IMG/VR virus record: IMGVR_UViG_3300036818_000059
Span: 1-60,551 of that record
Strand: one strand, 5' to 3'
From: a virus
Lineage: Duplodnaviria; Caudoviricetes
DNA: 60,551 nt
In this document: one piece after another, positions 26,183-36,443 of the stretch
How positions within the stretch are numbered: position 1 is the stretch's first letter
Layout: each line of letters begins with the position of its first letter
Notes under the pieces: generated by a model
Told to the model about the DNA's origin: nothing
Databases searched by the model: none
Seen by the model: the letters and a program-made list of their open reading frames with translations, nothing else
Position numbers and translations under genes: made by a program

Positions 26183-27270
26183 CAGGTACCGGCCTGCTTG
26201 GTCTTCAGCCACGCGTCCACCGCGCGCACGGCCTTCTCGTTGGCGCCGACGTGGCGCTCGTTCAGCCACGGTCGCAGCGCCTGCGCGAGCGTCACGTCCG
26301 CCGAGTCCATGTGGACGTCGGGCGTCGGGGCCGGAGTCGGCGGAACAGGGACCGGCACAGGAGTCGGAGACGGAGCAGGAGGCGCCGGAGTGGGCACGGG
26401 CTCCGGAAACGGGTTCGGCTCACCGGTCATCACGGCGAACTCCTCACCCAGCGCGCCGGCCGCCTCCCCGTTCGGGTCCACGCCGTTCGCCGCGAACCAA
26501 TCCCGCGTGATCACGAAGAACAACTGGTCGGTGTACTTCTGGTCCCAACCGTCGGACACCTTCTGCACCGCGCCCCACGTCACGTCCTGCGACGACATCG
26601 CGGTCGGAGCCGACGGGTCACCGGTCAGCGCGTACTGCGCCTTCAGGATGGCGTGACCCTCGTCCGGTTCCGGGCCGGGCACGACCGCCCACTCCTCGCC
26701 GTTGTTGAACTGGTCCATCGCCGCGTCCGGGAACAGGACGGCCTGCATGCCCGGCCCGAACAACTCGATGCAGTCGGCGACCAGTTCGCGGTCGGTGTGA
26801 TCCACCTCGGCGTAGGCGAGGATCTTGTCCTTCGTGCCGTCCGGCTTGGCGATGCCGGTCTTGCGCCAGTAGCTCATGGCGTCGGCCATGTTGGTGCCCT
26901 GGTCGGTTGGGTTCGACCCGTCGGGTCGTTCCTGGTGCGGGTCGTAGCCGGTGACGTCCGAGTAGCCCTTGATCAGTGCGGGTGCGGTCACCTCGACCTC
27001 GGAGCGGAGACCGAGCAGGGTCTGCACCTGGATGGCGTGGCCCACCATGGCCCACACGCAGCACCCGAGACGGTCATTGTCGTACATGGGGTAGCCGTCA
27101 CCCTGGGCGGCGACCTGCGAAATGTCGTCCACGCTCGCGCGGGGGGTAGGTATCTTCGTGCGGGCTGCCTTCAGCGCCGCGACGTGCGCCCGCGTCAGGC
27201 GTAGCGTCGGCCGGTCACGGTCGCGCCTTACTAGGCCCCGCTTGCCAGCCTGTCGAATCGAAACTGTCAT
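26182..27270 (-). CDS. Papain-like cysteine peptidase (lysis cassette)
   Basis: NDRLGCCVWA, GHAI, VTWG; Pro-rich linker. Confidence 0.7.
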   Translation of the reverse strand: MTVSIRQAGKRGLVRRDRDRPTLRLTRAHVAALKAARTKIPTPRASVDDISQVAAQGDGYPMYDNDRLGCCVWAMVGHAIQVQTLLGLRSEVEVTAPALIKGYSDVTGYDPHQERPDGSNPTDQGTNMADAMSYWRKTGIAKPDGTKDKILAYAEVDHTDRELVADCIELFGPGMQAVLFPDAAMDQFNNGEEWAVVPGPEPDEGHAILKAQYALTGDPSAPTAMSSQDVTWGAVQKVSDGWDQKYTDQLFFVITRDWFAANGVDPNGEAAGALGEEFAVMTGEPNPFPEPVPTPAPPAPSPTPVPVPVPPTPAPTPDVHMDSADVTLAQALRPWLNERHVGANEKAVRAVDAWLKTKQAGT

Positions 27271-27668
27271 GCTGCCGGTCTCCTTGCTGCGCGGTATCTT
27301 CGCGCGTTGTCGCGGGTGCAAGTCCTGCAGTGGCGCTTGCCCGCTGGCGTGATGTACAGGTTTCCGCCCAAGTACGGATGGCCGTGCGCGCAGTGAGTCT
27401 TCTGTTGCTCCGCGCCGCGACCCCGGCAGATCATGTCGGCGACGTTTTCCTTCTGCGTACCCTCGTACAAGTGATCAGGATTGATGCACAACTTGACGTC
27501 GCAGTGGTGATTGGCCTGGAATCCGGAACGGATAGGACGCTCTAGCTTGTCTTCGAGCGCGACGCGATGGGCAGATTTGCCACGATTCGCGCCGTGTCTG
27601 ACCTGTCCGTACCCAGTTTTCTTATCCCAAGAGCCTTGCCACAGAACACATTCACCATTCGGAGACAT
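27267..27668 (-). CDS. HNH homing endonuclease
   Basis: GYG, AHRV, HHCDVKLCINPDHL..GT.KEN..D, KTHC.HGH; lower GC than flanks. Confidence 0.88.
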   Translation of the reverse strand: MSPNGECVLWQGSWDKKTGYGQVRHGANRGKSAHRVALEDKLERPIRSGFQANHHCDVKLCINPDHLYEGTQKENVADMICRGRGAEQQKTHCAHGHPYLGGNLYITPAGKRHCRTCTRDNARRYRAARRPAA

Positions 27669-27788
27669 GCTCCATCATACCGTGCCAATACCATTCGGAC
27701 GGCCCGGCGCGGGTGCGTTCTTCGGCGCCCTGCGGCCCTTCTTGCCGGGCACACGGATCGGAGTGGTCATGTGTTCGTGATCCCCATT

Positions 27789-28145
27789 TCACTTCTCGGC
27801 ACGCTCGTCGAAAGCGTGCTGGTAGTAGTCGGCTCGCCGGTTGGCGGCCTCAAGCTTCACCGTGAGTTCGTTGCTGACCGACCGCTGATGTTCCAGTTCG
27901 GCCGACAATTCCTTCAGTTGCTTGCGTGTCTCCGCCAACTCTTGCTGCGTCTCCGCCAGCGCTTCCTTGACGGGCTTGAGGAGCTGAACGGCGGTCGCCG
28001 AGACGATCTTTATGTCCTCGGTCTCCAGGTGGGATGCCTCGGCCTTGAGACGGCGGACCTTTGCCCTGCCTGCCATCGCGTCCCCCAGGAACGTGAGGAA
28101 GCCGCCGCCCATCACCACTTCCAGCACCGTCTCGGTCGTGCTCAC
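27789..28145 (-). CDS. Membrane-anchored coiled-coil protein (lysis region)
   Basis: N-terminal hydrophobic stretch, heptads. Confidence 0.7.
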   Translation of the reverse strand: MSTTETVLEVVMGGGFLTFLGDAMAGRAKVRRLKAEASHLETEDIKIVSATAVQLLKPVKEALAETQQELAETRKQLKELSAELEHQRSVSNELTVKLEAANRRADYYQHAFDERAEK

Positions 28146-28150
28146 GAGCG

Positions 28151-28585
28151 TCAGTCCTCTCTGTCGTGGGCCGAGTGGTCGCGCAGTTCCCGCTCGACCT
28201 CGCGTAGGTCGCTGCGGATCTGGATGACTCGCCACAGTCCGGCACCGGCCAGGGCGAGGAAGAACACAGCGGTGATCAGGCCGCGCAGACCTACGAAGTC
28301 GAGCGTGAATCCGCTGTAGACGACCAGGAGGATCGACAGGCCCGTGAGTCCCGCGCGTTCGAGCAGCGGGCCGGTGATAGTGCGCAGTGCCAGGCCGACG
28401 AGCGTGAGCACGCCACCGATCAACAATCCCGTACCGAGGATCACCGTGATCGCGGCGGGCAGCGAGGTCGATAGCGTGGTGCCGAGCCGCTGCCTCAGCA
28501 ACAGCAGCGCCGCGCCTCCAATGACCGCCGCCGTCATGATCATGACCTCATACGGGCTCGGCTTCGCGCGCACGCTGATCGACAT
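28151..28585 (-). CDS. Four-TM membrane protein
   Basis: Hydrophobic helices. Confidence 0.7.
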   Translation of the reverse strand: MSISVRAKPSPYEVMIMTAAVIGGAALLLLRQRLGTTLSTSLPAAITVILGTGLLIGGVLTLVGLALRTITGPLLERAGLTGLSILLVVYSGFTLDFVGLRGLITAVFFLALAGAGLWRVIQIRSDLREVERELRDHSAHDRED

Positions 28586-28612
28586 CAGTGCTCCCGTCGT
28601 TGGACTTCCTGC

Positions 28613-29125
28613 TCATCCGAAGACGCCGTTGACCGGCATCTGGCGTAGATACATCCCGAGCGGCTGGCACAGCAGCCGATCCGTCGCCGCCGCCGTGCCG
28701 ATGTCCGAGATGGACAACTGCACCTGAAGGTCGGACTGCTCCAGCACGGGCCGCAGATCGAATAGGTGCTTGGCCGTCTGCTGCCCGGTCGCCTGCCACG
28801 TGTAGCTCAGGACGCCGATGACGACCCGGTAGGTGATCGTCGGGGCCATCAGGTCCAGGTCGCCCCATACGCCGTCGATGGACAGGCAAGGGTGCGAGCC
28901 GTAGTCGACGCGACCCTCCCACAGCGTGGCCATGCCGATCGCGCTGGACGCGGGGACAGTGGAGTAGGCGCTCGCCGTGTTGGTCTGCAGTGCCGGCGAC
29001 CACAGCCGGTACAGCGGGACCGCGAGGTGCGGCAGGGACGGGACGCGGCCGGTCAGCGTCGCGAGTTGCGACTCTACCCGCGTCAGCCGGGATCCGAGGT
29101 CGCGCGGCTGAGGACTGATGCCCAT
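28613..29125 (-). CDS. Minor tail protein
   Basis: N-terminal short coiled coil, position in the tail block. Confidence 0.65.
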   Translation of the reverse strand: MGISPQPRDLGSRLTRVESQLATLTGRVPSLPHLAVPLYRLWSPALQTNTASAYSTVPASSAIGMATLWEGRVDYGSHPCLSIDGVWGDLDLMAPTITYRVVIGVLSYTWQATGQQTAKHLFDLRPVLEQSDLQVQLSISDIGTAAATDRLLCQPLGMYLRQMPVNGVFG

Positions 29126-30267
29126 CAGGCCGCCCCCTGCATCGCCTGGATGATGTGCTTGATCTCGCCGTCGTTCGAGCCGCTGGACATTCCCAGCAGG
29201 CGCTGCGTGTACCGGCCGGGCGGTATCCAGGGGTGACACGTGAAGTTGTAGTCGGCACGCACGCCGGGCCCGTAGGTCCCAAGCGCGTGCGGTCCGTCGA
29301 TGCGCGCGGTCGCGTCCCAGGTCTCGACCGGCTTACCGTTCAGCCCTTGATCGGCAGTGGCGATCGCGTTCAGCGTGGTCTGGTCGGTGACATCGGAGTG
29401 GTTCGTGTCCACCATCTCCAGCAAGAGCTTGCCGCCCGTGATGGCCGCGACGTCCTGCGCGAAGGCCCACGCGATCGCGGCCTCGGTCCCGTTGCCCTTC
29501 ACGAAGGTGCGCAGGGCACGCTTCGTGCCATCCGCGGTGGGTAGGCACTGCACCAGGTTCGAGCCGTGGTCGAACAGGAGTGGGTTACCTGTGTTGGTGA
29601 TCGTCGGGTTGCCGATGACCGCTTCCCAGCGGATCACGTTGGCCGCGGCGAAGTACGGCCGGAAGTAGATGTCCGGCCCGCCGTCGAGCTGGGTCAGCTC
29701 CTGCAGGCGTTGGCCAGCCGATATCAGGTCGAACCCGTTGTAGGTCATCGACTGCGTACCACCGGCCAGTGGCGGAACGTCGATCGGCAGCGCGCCACGA
29801 GCGACGGCGTTGGAGATAATCTGGCACGCGATGTCGTGGTAGCTGCCCGTATAGGTGGCGATCGAGCGCGAGTCGGCCAGCCCCATGCTGGTGGTCCACG
29901 TCGAGGGGATCTGGACACGAGCGTTGAGCACCGACCACATGCCCGCACCGCTGATCTTCAGCATCGCCGGGTTCTCGGACAGCAGCTGAGTCGTCCAGTT
30001 TGGACCACCCTGTGCGATGTGGTCCGACGCCGTGCCAGTGCCGTAGCACATCGCCGCGCCGAAGTCCCCCGGCGTGACAACCGTTCTCAGCGTCTGCGCG
30101 CTGAGCCCTCCCTTGTGTCCGACTGGCGTGGTGAAGCCGATCGAGCACTGCTGATTGATCTGCTGATCCCACGTCGGAGAGGGCTGGTCAGTGTGTGGCA
30201 GGTCGGCGCCGATCACCTTTCCGGTGGTCAGGTTGACCAGCTTCACGTACCACTTCGAGGTGGCCAC
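29125..30267 (-). CDS. Minor tail protein (hub/Tal-like)
   Basis: RLQELTQLDGGPD motif, position. Confidence 0.75.
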   Translation of the reverse strand: MATSKWYVKLVNLTTGKVIGADLPHTDQPSPTWDQQINQQCSIGFTTPVGHKGGLSAQTLRTVVTPGDFGAAMCYGTGTASDHIAQGGPNWTTQLLSENPAMLKISGAGMWSVLNARVQIPSTWTTSMGLADSRSIATYTGSYHDIACQIISNAVARGALPIDVPPLAGGTQSMTYNGFDLISAGQRLQELTQLDGGPDIYFRPYFAAANVIRWEAVIGNPTITNTGNPLLFDHGSNLVQCLPTADGTKRALRTFVKGNGTEAAIAWAFAQDVAAITGGKLLLEMVDTNHSDVTDQTTLNAIATADQGLNGKPVETWDATARIDGPHALGTYGPGVRADYNFTCHPWIPPGRYTQRLLGMSSGSNDGEIKHIIQAMQGAA

Positions 30268-30270
30268 GGC

Positions 30271-31407
30271 TCACCCGCGCAGCAGTGCGGCCCGGAAACG
30301 GCTCGTGACCGTCTGGGTGGATCCGGTCTGCTGCACCACAATCACCGACCACTGCGTGCCCGCGGTGATACGCACCGGGCCGCCGTCGGAGGTCTGGGTG
30401 TTGCTGCCCGACCCGAAGATGATCGTGCCGGTGTCGGTGGGCGCGCGGACTCGGAAGGCTGTTGTGTTGACCGGGCTGGACGGTGGCGGGCAGTCGATCG
30501 AGACGTTGACCTGCCACAGGCCGCTGCGGTTGAAGGTGATCACGCCGCTGGCAACCGTGTCCGGGCCGCCAGCGGACAGCGTTACGTCCTGGCTGGACTG
30601 GGTGACGGTGCCCCAGCCCATCGCGTGCGGATGGTTCGTGGGGATGCTGGCCGTGCTGGCGAAGTCGACCTCATGTAGACCTGCCAGCGGGGTTTCCAGT
30701 TCCCATGCGCCAGACGCGGCGTTCCAGCGGTCCAGGGTGCCGCCGCCCTGCGCGGGCGAGAACAGGCCAGTGTCGCGCCACTCTCCCGAGTCGAAACCAG
30801 GATCGGAGAGCGCGTCACCTTCGAGCAGCAGGCGGATCGCGCCGCGAAGCGCAGTGGACTTGCGGGCTGGCGTCCACGTGGCCGCGAAGAGGGTCGCCGC
30901 GTTCGCCGGGATAGTCCACCAGCCCAGCGGGGTCGTACCGGCTGGCGCAGTCGGCACGCCGGCGCCTGGCGTGCCCTGTGTGACTTTGACGCTCGTCTTG
31001 GATGTGCCGCCGTTGTCGCCCAGCGCGCCATCCAGGACCTGGACATCCAAGCGGTCCACGCGGATCTGACTCGGATCTGACGTCGCGAGCGCCCCGTTGC
31101 CCACAGCGGTGGACTGGACGAAGTACGGGCCGACGAGTGACGAGCGCTCGACGACCGCGCAGAAGGGCTGCACTGCCCAGCCCAGGCCGCTGGTAGCGGT
31201 GACCATTCCCGCGCCGGGAAGCTGGGAGCCACTGGTGCCCGGCGCGCCGACGAGGATGCCGGTGCGCGCCTTCGAGAAGACGTTGCCTGATCCCGCCGCA
31301 CCCTCCTGCACGAACATGAGGTCGTGGTAGCGGCCCGTCTTCGCGGTGTTGGAGCTCTGGATGCTCCACGTGCCCCCGTTGGGTGACGCGATGGTGTAGT
31401 CAGTCAC
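30271..31407 (-). CDS. Minor tail protein
   Basis: RVDRL...VKVTQGTPG..PTAP motif. Confidence 0.75.
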   Translation of the reverse strand: MTDYTIASPNGGTWSIQSSNTAKTGRYHDLMFVQEGAAGSGNVFSKARTGILVGAPGTSGSQLPGAGMVTATSGLGWAVQPFCAVVERSSLVGPYFVQSTAVGNGALATSDPSQIRVDRLDVQVLDGALGDNGGTSKTSVKVTQGTPGAGVPTAPAGTTPLGWWTIPANAATLFAATWTPARKSTALRGAIRLLLEGDALSDPGFDSGEWRDTGLFSPAQGGGTLDRWNAASGAWELETPLAGLHEVDFASTASIPTNHPHAMGWGTVTQSSQDVTLSAGGPDTVASGVITFNRSGLWQVNVSIDCPPPSSPVNTTAFRVRAPTDTGTIIFGSGSNTQTSDGGPVRITAGTQWSVIVVQQTGSTQTVTSRFRAALLRG

Positions 31408-31419
31408 GACACCCTCTCC

Positions 31420-32322
31420 CTAGAAGTACGCGTCCATGGCGGACGCCACGAGCAGCGGTGTGGTCGAGCCGGTTGAGCCCTGGAACTGCAACCTGACCTG
31501 ACCTCCGGCCGGTACCTGGAACCACTGCGACGTCGTCAGTCCGCTCCACACGTCCGAGAAGCCGTTGAGCGTCACCGAGCGCGTGGCGGGATTGGTGTCG
31601 ATGACGAGCACGTCCCCGATGCCCAGCAGGCCGCTATAGGCAATCACTGAGCCGGTGTCCATGTCGGTGATCGAGAAGCCGGCCAGCGAGCCGATGTCGG
31701 ACGGACCGCTCACCGTGAAGACCGGCCAGGACGGCGCGGTCCCGCGGTTCACCAGGCCCGTGGTGCCGTCGGAGATGAACGTTCCCCAGTCCAGCGTTGC
31801 CGTGGGCGACCACGGAAGACCACCGCCGGTCGACCAGTCCAGACCGCCCACCGCCTCCGCCAAAAGCGTGTTCGCGGAGACGACGTTCGGGTTGTACTTC
31901 AGCGGGTCCGGTGCGGTCAGGGAGAGCGAGAACGCGGTGGAGTTCGGCGCGTTCGGCTTGACCAGTACGGCGTCGGAGCGCTGAACGTTGGCGATCAGCG
32001 TCCCGAAGTCGTCCACCACCCGGAGCTCGTACAGCTGGCTCGGGTCAGGACAGATCGCCGCCAGCTGCTGCTGGACAGCGAGCAAACCCAGAGAGTCCGC
32101 CTGCGCCAGGGTGCCGGACACAGCGATCACCCGCACGTCTTCCTCGGCGAGCGGTGACCACCACGACCCGGCGTAGGCCGTGCGCGGGGTGAAGGTGTTC
32201 TTCGGCTTCGGCGAGCCGTACCAGCCCTGCAGGCCGTCCTCGTCCAGTTCGTAGCCAGTGCCGTCCAGTGCGGGCGGGTGGAGCTGGACACCGTTGAGAG
32301 TGACGACGGGTTCCATGCTCAC
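31420..32322 (-). CDS. Distal tail protein (Dit)
   Basis: Follows the TMP; LQGW, LTAPDP, NRGTAPSWP. Confidence 0.8.
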   Translation of the reverse strand: MSMEPVVTLNGVQLHPPALDGTGYELDEDGLQGWYGSPKPKNTFTPRTAYAGSWWSPLAEEDVRVIAVSGTLAQADSLGLLAVQQQLAAICPDPSQLYELRVVDDFGTLIANVQRSDAVLVKPNAPNSTAFSLSLTAPDPLKYNPNVVSANTLLAEAVGGLDWSTGGGLPWSPTATLDWGTFISDGTTGLVNRGTAPSWPVFTVSGPSDIGSLAGFSITDMDTGSVIAYSGLLGIGDVLVIDTNPATRSVTLNGFSDVWSGLTTSQWFQVPAGGQVRLQFQGSTGSTTPLLVASAMDAYF

Positions 32323-35300
32323 CGCCCGTGGAATTCGAGCCGACGCATGACTTCGGACGTGAGCTGGTCGACCGAGTGCTGCGGCGCACCGTTCACCGTG
32401 AAGTGCGGGAGCTTCTCAATGTTGGCGTTGAGCTTCTGCAGTTCGGCCAGCAGAGCGTCTTCCTGCGGACCGGTCCGGGTCCGCTCACGCTCGCCGGTTC
32501 CGTTGTGGATCAGCGTGTAACCGGGGTCGATGTAGCCGCCGCCGTCCAACGTCTTGGGCGGATTGACTGCGATCGGACGCACGGGGCCACCGTCGCGATA
32601 CCAGTTGAACGCACGCTCGTGGGCCGCCGCGCCGAGCGGGTCGTGGTACCGGGCCCCGATGTAGCGCCCACCGGCGACGTCCTGCAGGCGTGCGTCCGAG
32701 GTCTTCGGGATGCCATACCCGGCCCACGTGCTGTCCAGGAACTGGAACTGGCCGAACGCGGTCGACGTCGGGTTCTGCGCGAGGTTGTTGAACCCGGACT
32801 CGCGCATCATCAGGTACTCGGTGGCGTTCCACTCGCTGCCGGTCCAGCCGAACATCGACGCCCAGATCTGCTTCATCAGTGCCGCGTTGGCCGCGTGGCT
32901 GGTGCGCACGCCGCCGACGAACCCGAAGTCCAGTGCGGGCGGTACGTAGGCGGGCAGAAGCGGCCAGCCCTTCTTGCCCTGCAGCGTCTCGGCTTCGGCT
33001 GCTGCCTGGTACTTCGACCCGAGACCGGAGAAGAAGACGTTCTGGCCGACCAGTCCACCGCTGGCGAGCTTCCTGGGAAGCCGCTTCTGGCGGATCGCCT
33101 CCATGAACGACACGCCGTAGTAGTCCACCGAGGAGACCGGCTGGACGTACTCCCGGTTGGACAGCATCGCCGGGATCTTGTCGTCACGGGGGCCGCCAGG
33201 ACCGAAGATCTGGCCACCAGTAGCCGCGGTGATGTGCCCCCCGGTGCCGGGCAGCGAGATCGCCCGCAGCTTCGTGAGGTCGACATCGGCGACCGAGGTG
33301 ATGTTGAACTTGAACGGCTTCTTCGTGAGCAAGCCGAGGCTCGTCAACAGCGTGCGCGCCTTGCCGTTCGAGATGCCGAACAGCGTCGCTGTGTCCTTGA
33401 TGAGGTCGTTCTGTGCCTGCTGTGGCGCCTCGTTCGCGAACAGCTGGTCAGCGATCTGCTTGAGCATCCCGAAGTTCCGGGCGCCCGCCGCGGTGTTGAT
33501 ATCCATCGAGTGCGACGCGTTGTCCCGCGCCGTCGTCAATGCGGTTTGCGCGGAGGACACGCCAGCGAGCGCCTTGGCCTCGTTATCCTCGGCAGTCTTG
33601 ATCGCGTCGCGGGCCTTGCCCTCGTTGTACTCGGCGTCCGTGACTGCCTGGTGCGCCTTCTGCTCGTTGTAGAGCGCGTCTGAAACACCCTGCTCGGCCT
33701 TGACCACGCCGGCGCGTGCATCCGCCACTGCCTGGTGCGCCTTGAGCAGCGCCTGCTCGGCGGAGACGACCTGCTGCTGGGCGCTGGCGATCTGCTGCTC
33801 AGCCTGGATCACCTGAGAAGACCCGGCGACCCCGGCCTTGTCTGCCGCTGTCACCTGGTTGCGCAGGTTGGTCCCGGTGTTCAAGGTGTCGTTCAGGCTG
33901 TTCTCGGCCTGCAGGAGCGCGATGGCGGCCTTGACCCGGTCCTCATTGGACGAGGTGACCTTCTGGTTTGCGATCTGCTGAGCGTTGCCCGCGTTGACTC
34001 CTAGCGCTGCGCCAGCGGTCTGCGCGTCGAAGAGGCTCACTCGGGCTGATTGCTCCGAAGTGACCTGGTCGGCCAGCTGGAGGTGCAGTTGCTTCAGCTG
34101 CTCCGTCGCCGCCGCCTCGGCGGCGGTTAGGCTGAGCTGCGCCTGCCTCTTCGCGTCGATCGCCTTGGTGACATTGGCCTGTGCCGACGTCTCACTCTGG
34201 ACAGCATCGGTCACCGCTCGCTGCGCGGTCACGACACCCTGCTGGGCCGTGACAACTGCCTGCTGCGCCTGGGCTTCCGAGTGTTGGGCGTCTGCTACGG
34301 CCTGGACCGACTGGGTATACGAGTGCTGCGCGTCAGCTACCGCCGTGATCGACTGCCTGTACGACTGGCTGGCGTCCGCGACTGCGGTCTTCGCCTGGGC
34401 AAGCTGCTGGTCGGCCTGCTTGAAGTAGTCGGACACCGTGCTATTTGCCGTGTGCACCGCGAGCACCTGACCGAGGATCGCGTCACTCGACTGCTGCGTC
34501 GCGGACATCGCGAATGTCTGACCAGTGGCGAGTCCGTTGTAGGCGGCCGTCGCCTCACCGATGCTGATGCCGAGGACGCTGGCAATACCCGCAGCCTGTT
34601 GCTGCGTGGTATTCGACTGGGTCGTGACAGCGTTGACTGCCGACTGCTGCGTGCTCAGATCGCCCTGCGTGGTATTCAGTTGGCCGACCACGCTATTCAG
34701 GTTGTTGTAGTTGGTTACCTGCTTCCTCAGTGCGGGGTCGAGCAGGTTGATGTCCCTTGTACCATTGCTGGTCTCGTCGGCCAACTGCTTGAGGGTTTCT
34801 ACTACTTGTCCGGCAGCCAGGCTGCTCTGGTGAAAGATATTGTCTGATCCACTCCTAAATCCGATCTTCGTATTTCCGAGGCTGTCAGCCGCCTTCTTCG
34901 TGTCGTCGGCGAACTCCTTCAGTGGGCCCGCGCCGCCTTGGATTGCCTTCAGCATCGCCGTGACGTTGACGCCGCTGCCCTTAGCATTGTTGATCAAGTC
35001 CTGAAGCTGCTTGTTGTTGTCCAGCACGCCTGCGGCAGCGCCGGGAGCGGCCTGCGCCAGCTGGACCAAGTCGCTGGTCAGGTCCTGGGTCGCTGCGCTC
35101 GCTTTGTTGGAGTTCGTGATGAACGGCAACGTCAGGAGTGCTGCGGCGCCCAGCGCAATGCCCAGCGGGCCGAAGGCGAACGACGCCTCCTCGCTGGTGG
35201 CTGCGAGCGTGGCCTCGGCCTTAGCCGCATTGGCGGCAGCGGCAGCTTGCGCTTCCTGCGCGGCGACAAGGGCTATGGCGTTCTTCTCAGATTTCTCGGC

Positions 35301-36440
35301 CGCGAACGCCTGCTCGGCCTCTGCGACTGCCACATCGGACTCGGCCTTCGCCAGTTCCGCAGCCACGGACGCCTCGGCGGCTTGCTCGGCGGTGGCCTTG
35401 TTGGTGGCGGCCGATGTGATGCCGATCTTCTGGCCGAGCGAGTCCATCGTGCCCGAGAAGTCGGTGAACAGCGGCTTGATCCTGCTCGCCGCGCCACCGA
35501 AGTCCGTCCAGCTTCCCGTGAGCAGTCTCGTGGCTACCGCAGCTGCGGCAATCGGCGGAGCGAACGCGGTGATGTCGGGGCCCAGGAAGGACACGACAGA
35601 CGCCACGGCATTCAGGGCTGGCGTCAATTCCTCAGCTGCGTCCGCTGTGGACTTCATCGCTGGTCCCGCAACGCCGAGTAGGGCGTTGCCGAGCGGGACG
35701 ACCTCCGACACCAGTTGGCCGACCTCCGGCAGAAGCGCCGCAAGGTCATCGCCCAGGATCGAGAGTCCCTGTGCGGCCTCGCCCGTGTCCAGATTCTTGA
35801 GCAGGCCGACCGTTCCCTGCTCGATCTTCACGAGGTCGTCGCCAGCAGCCTGAACCACAGGGCGCAGGCTGCCAATGATCGAGATGCTGCCGCCGACACC
35901 CTGCTGCGTGGCCTTGAGCAGGTCCGTGCCCAGGATGGACACGAGCGGGGCGGCAGCGGCCGATCCGGCTTCCAGTTCCGGCTTGATCTCCCCGAGCGAC
36001 GTCTTCGCCTGGCTCGCGAACCCGACCAGGGCGGGGACCAGCGGGAGGAAGCCCTCCTCGGCGGTCTCCTTGGCCGACTGCTTCAGGTCGGTGAAGGACG
36101 CGACTACCTGTGGGTTGCTCTTCTCCGCAGCGATCCCGATAGCAGCGATGGCCACGGGGATCGCGAGGAGCGCGCCACCCGACACGGCGCCAGCGGCGAG
36201 AGCGCCGCCGAGCGCGATCAGCTTCGCCTGGCCCGTCTGGGAGAAGGCGTCGATACCCTTCTGGGACGTGGCGATCTTGCGGTCGAAGTTCGAGGTGTCG
36301 AGGTCGACCTTGGGGTTGGCCCGCTTGTGGTCCAGCGAGTCCAGGCGCTGCCCGATCAGGTCTACCTTGCCGGCCAGGTTGACGAATGTGGCGCTGGCCC
36401 TGTCCAACGCTGCGATGTTGAAGGTCAGGTCAGTCGCCAC
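32319..36440 (-). CDS. Tape measure protein with C-terminal lytic transglycosylase domain
   Basis: 1373 aa, Ala/Gln-rich; RESGFN..AQNPTSTAFGQFQFL. Confidence 0.93.
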   Translation of the reverse strand: MATDLTFNIAALDRASATFVNLAGKVDLIGQRLDSLDHKRANPKVDLDTSNFDRKIATSQKGIDAFSQTGQAKLIALGGALAAGAVSGGALLAIPVAIAAIGIAAEKSNPQVVASFTDLKQSAKETAEEGFLPLVPALVGFASQAKTSLGEIKPELEAGSAAAAPLVSILGTDLLKATQQGVGGSISIIGSLRPVVQAAGDDLVKIEQGTVGLLKNLDTGEAAQGLSILGDDLAALLPEVGQLVSEVVPLGNALLGVAGPAMKSTADAAEELTPALNAVASVVSFLGPDITAFAPPIAAAAVATRLLTGSWTDFGGAASRIKPLFTDFSGTMDSLGQKIGITSAATNKATAEQAAEASVAAELAKAESDVAVAEAEQAFAAEKSEKNAIALVAAQEAQAAAAANAAKAEATLAATSEEASFAFGPLGIALGAAALLTLPFITNSNKASAATQDLTSDLVQLAQAAPGAAAGVLDNNKQLQDLINNAKGSGVNVTAMLKAIQGGAGPLKEFADDTKKAADSLGNTKIGFRSGSDNIFHQSSLAAGQVVETLKQLADETSNGTRDINLLDPALRKQVTNYNNLNSVVGQLNTTQGDLSTQQSAVNAVTTQSNTTQQQAAGIASVLGISIGEATAAYNGLATGQTFAMSATQQSSDAILGQVLAVHTANSTVSDYFKQADQQLAQAKTAVADASQSYRQSITAVADAQHSYTQSVQAVADAQHSEAQAQQAVVTAQQGVVTAQRAVTDAVQSETSAQANVTKAIDAKRQAQLSLTAAEAAATEQLKQLHLQLADQVTSEQSARVSLFDAQTAGAALGVNAGNAQQIANQKVTSSNEDRVKAAIALLQAENSLNDTLNTGTNLRNQVTAADKAGVAGSSQVIQAEQQIASAQQQVVSAEQALLKAHQAVADARAGVVKAEQGVSDALYNEQKAHQAVTDAEYNEGKARDAIKTAEDNEAKALAGVSSAQTALTTARDNASHSMDINTAAGARNFGMLKQIADQLFANEAPQQAQNDLIKDTATLFGISNGKARTLLTSLGLLTKKPFKFNITSVADVDLTKLRAISLPGTGGHITAATGGQIFGPGGPRDDKIPAMLSNREYVQPVSSVDYYGVSFMEAIRQKRLPRKLASGGLVGQNVFFSGLGSKYQAAAEAETLQGKKGWPLLPAYVPPALDFGFVGGVRTSHAANAALMKQIWASMFGWTGSEWNATEYLMMRESGFNNLAQNPTSTAFGQFQFLDSTWAGYGIPKTSDARLQDVAGGRYIGARYHDPLGAAAHERAFNWYRDGGPVRPIAVNPPKTLDGGGYIDPGYTLIHNGTGERERTRTGPQEDALLAELQKLNANIEKLPHFTVNGAPQHSVDQLTSEVMRRLEFHGR

Positions 36441-36443
36441 GAC

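Noticed and set aside
27205-27707. Group I intron carrying the HNH
   Set aside because: The ORF fills almost the whole insert, no P7-like core is visible, and the peptidase has its own downstream start
34790-34880. AT-richer patch inside the tape measure gene
   Set aside because: Frame intact, no repeats or intein motifs; likely a variable segment
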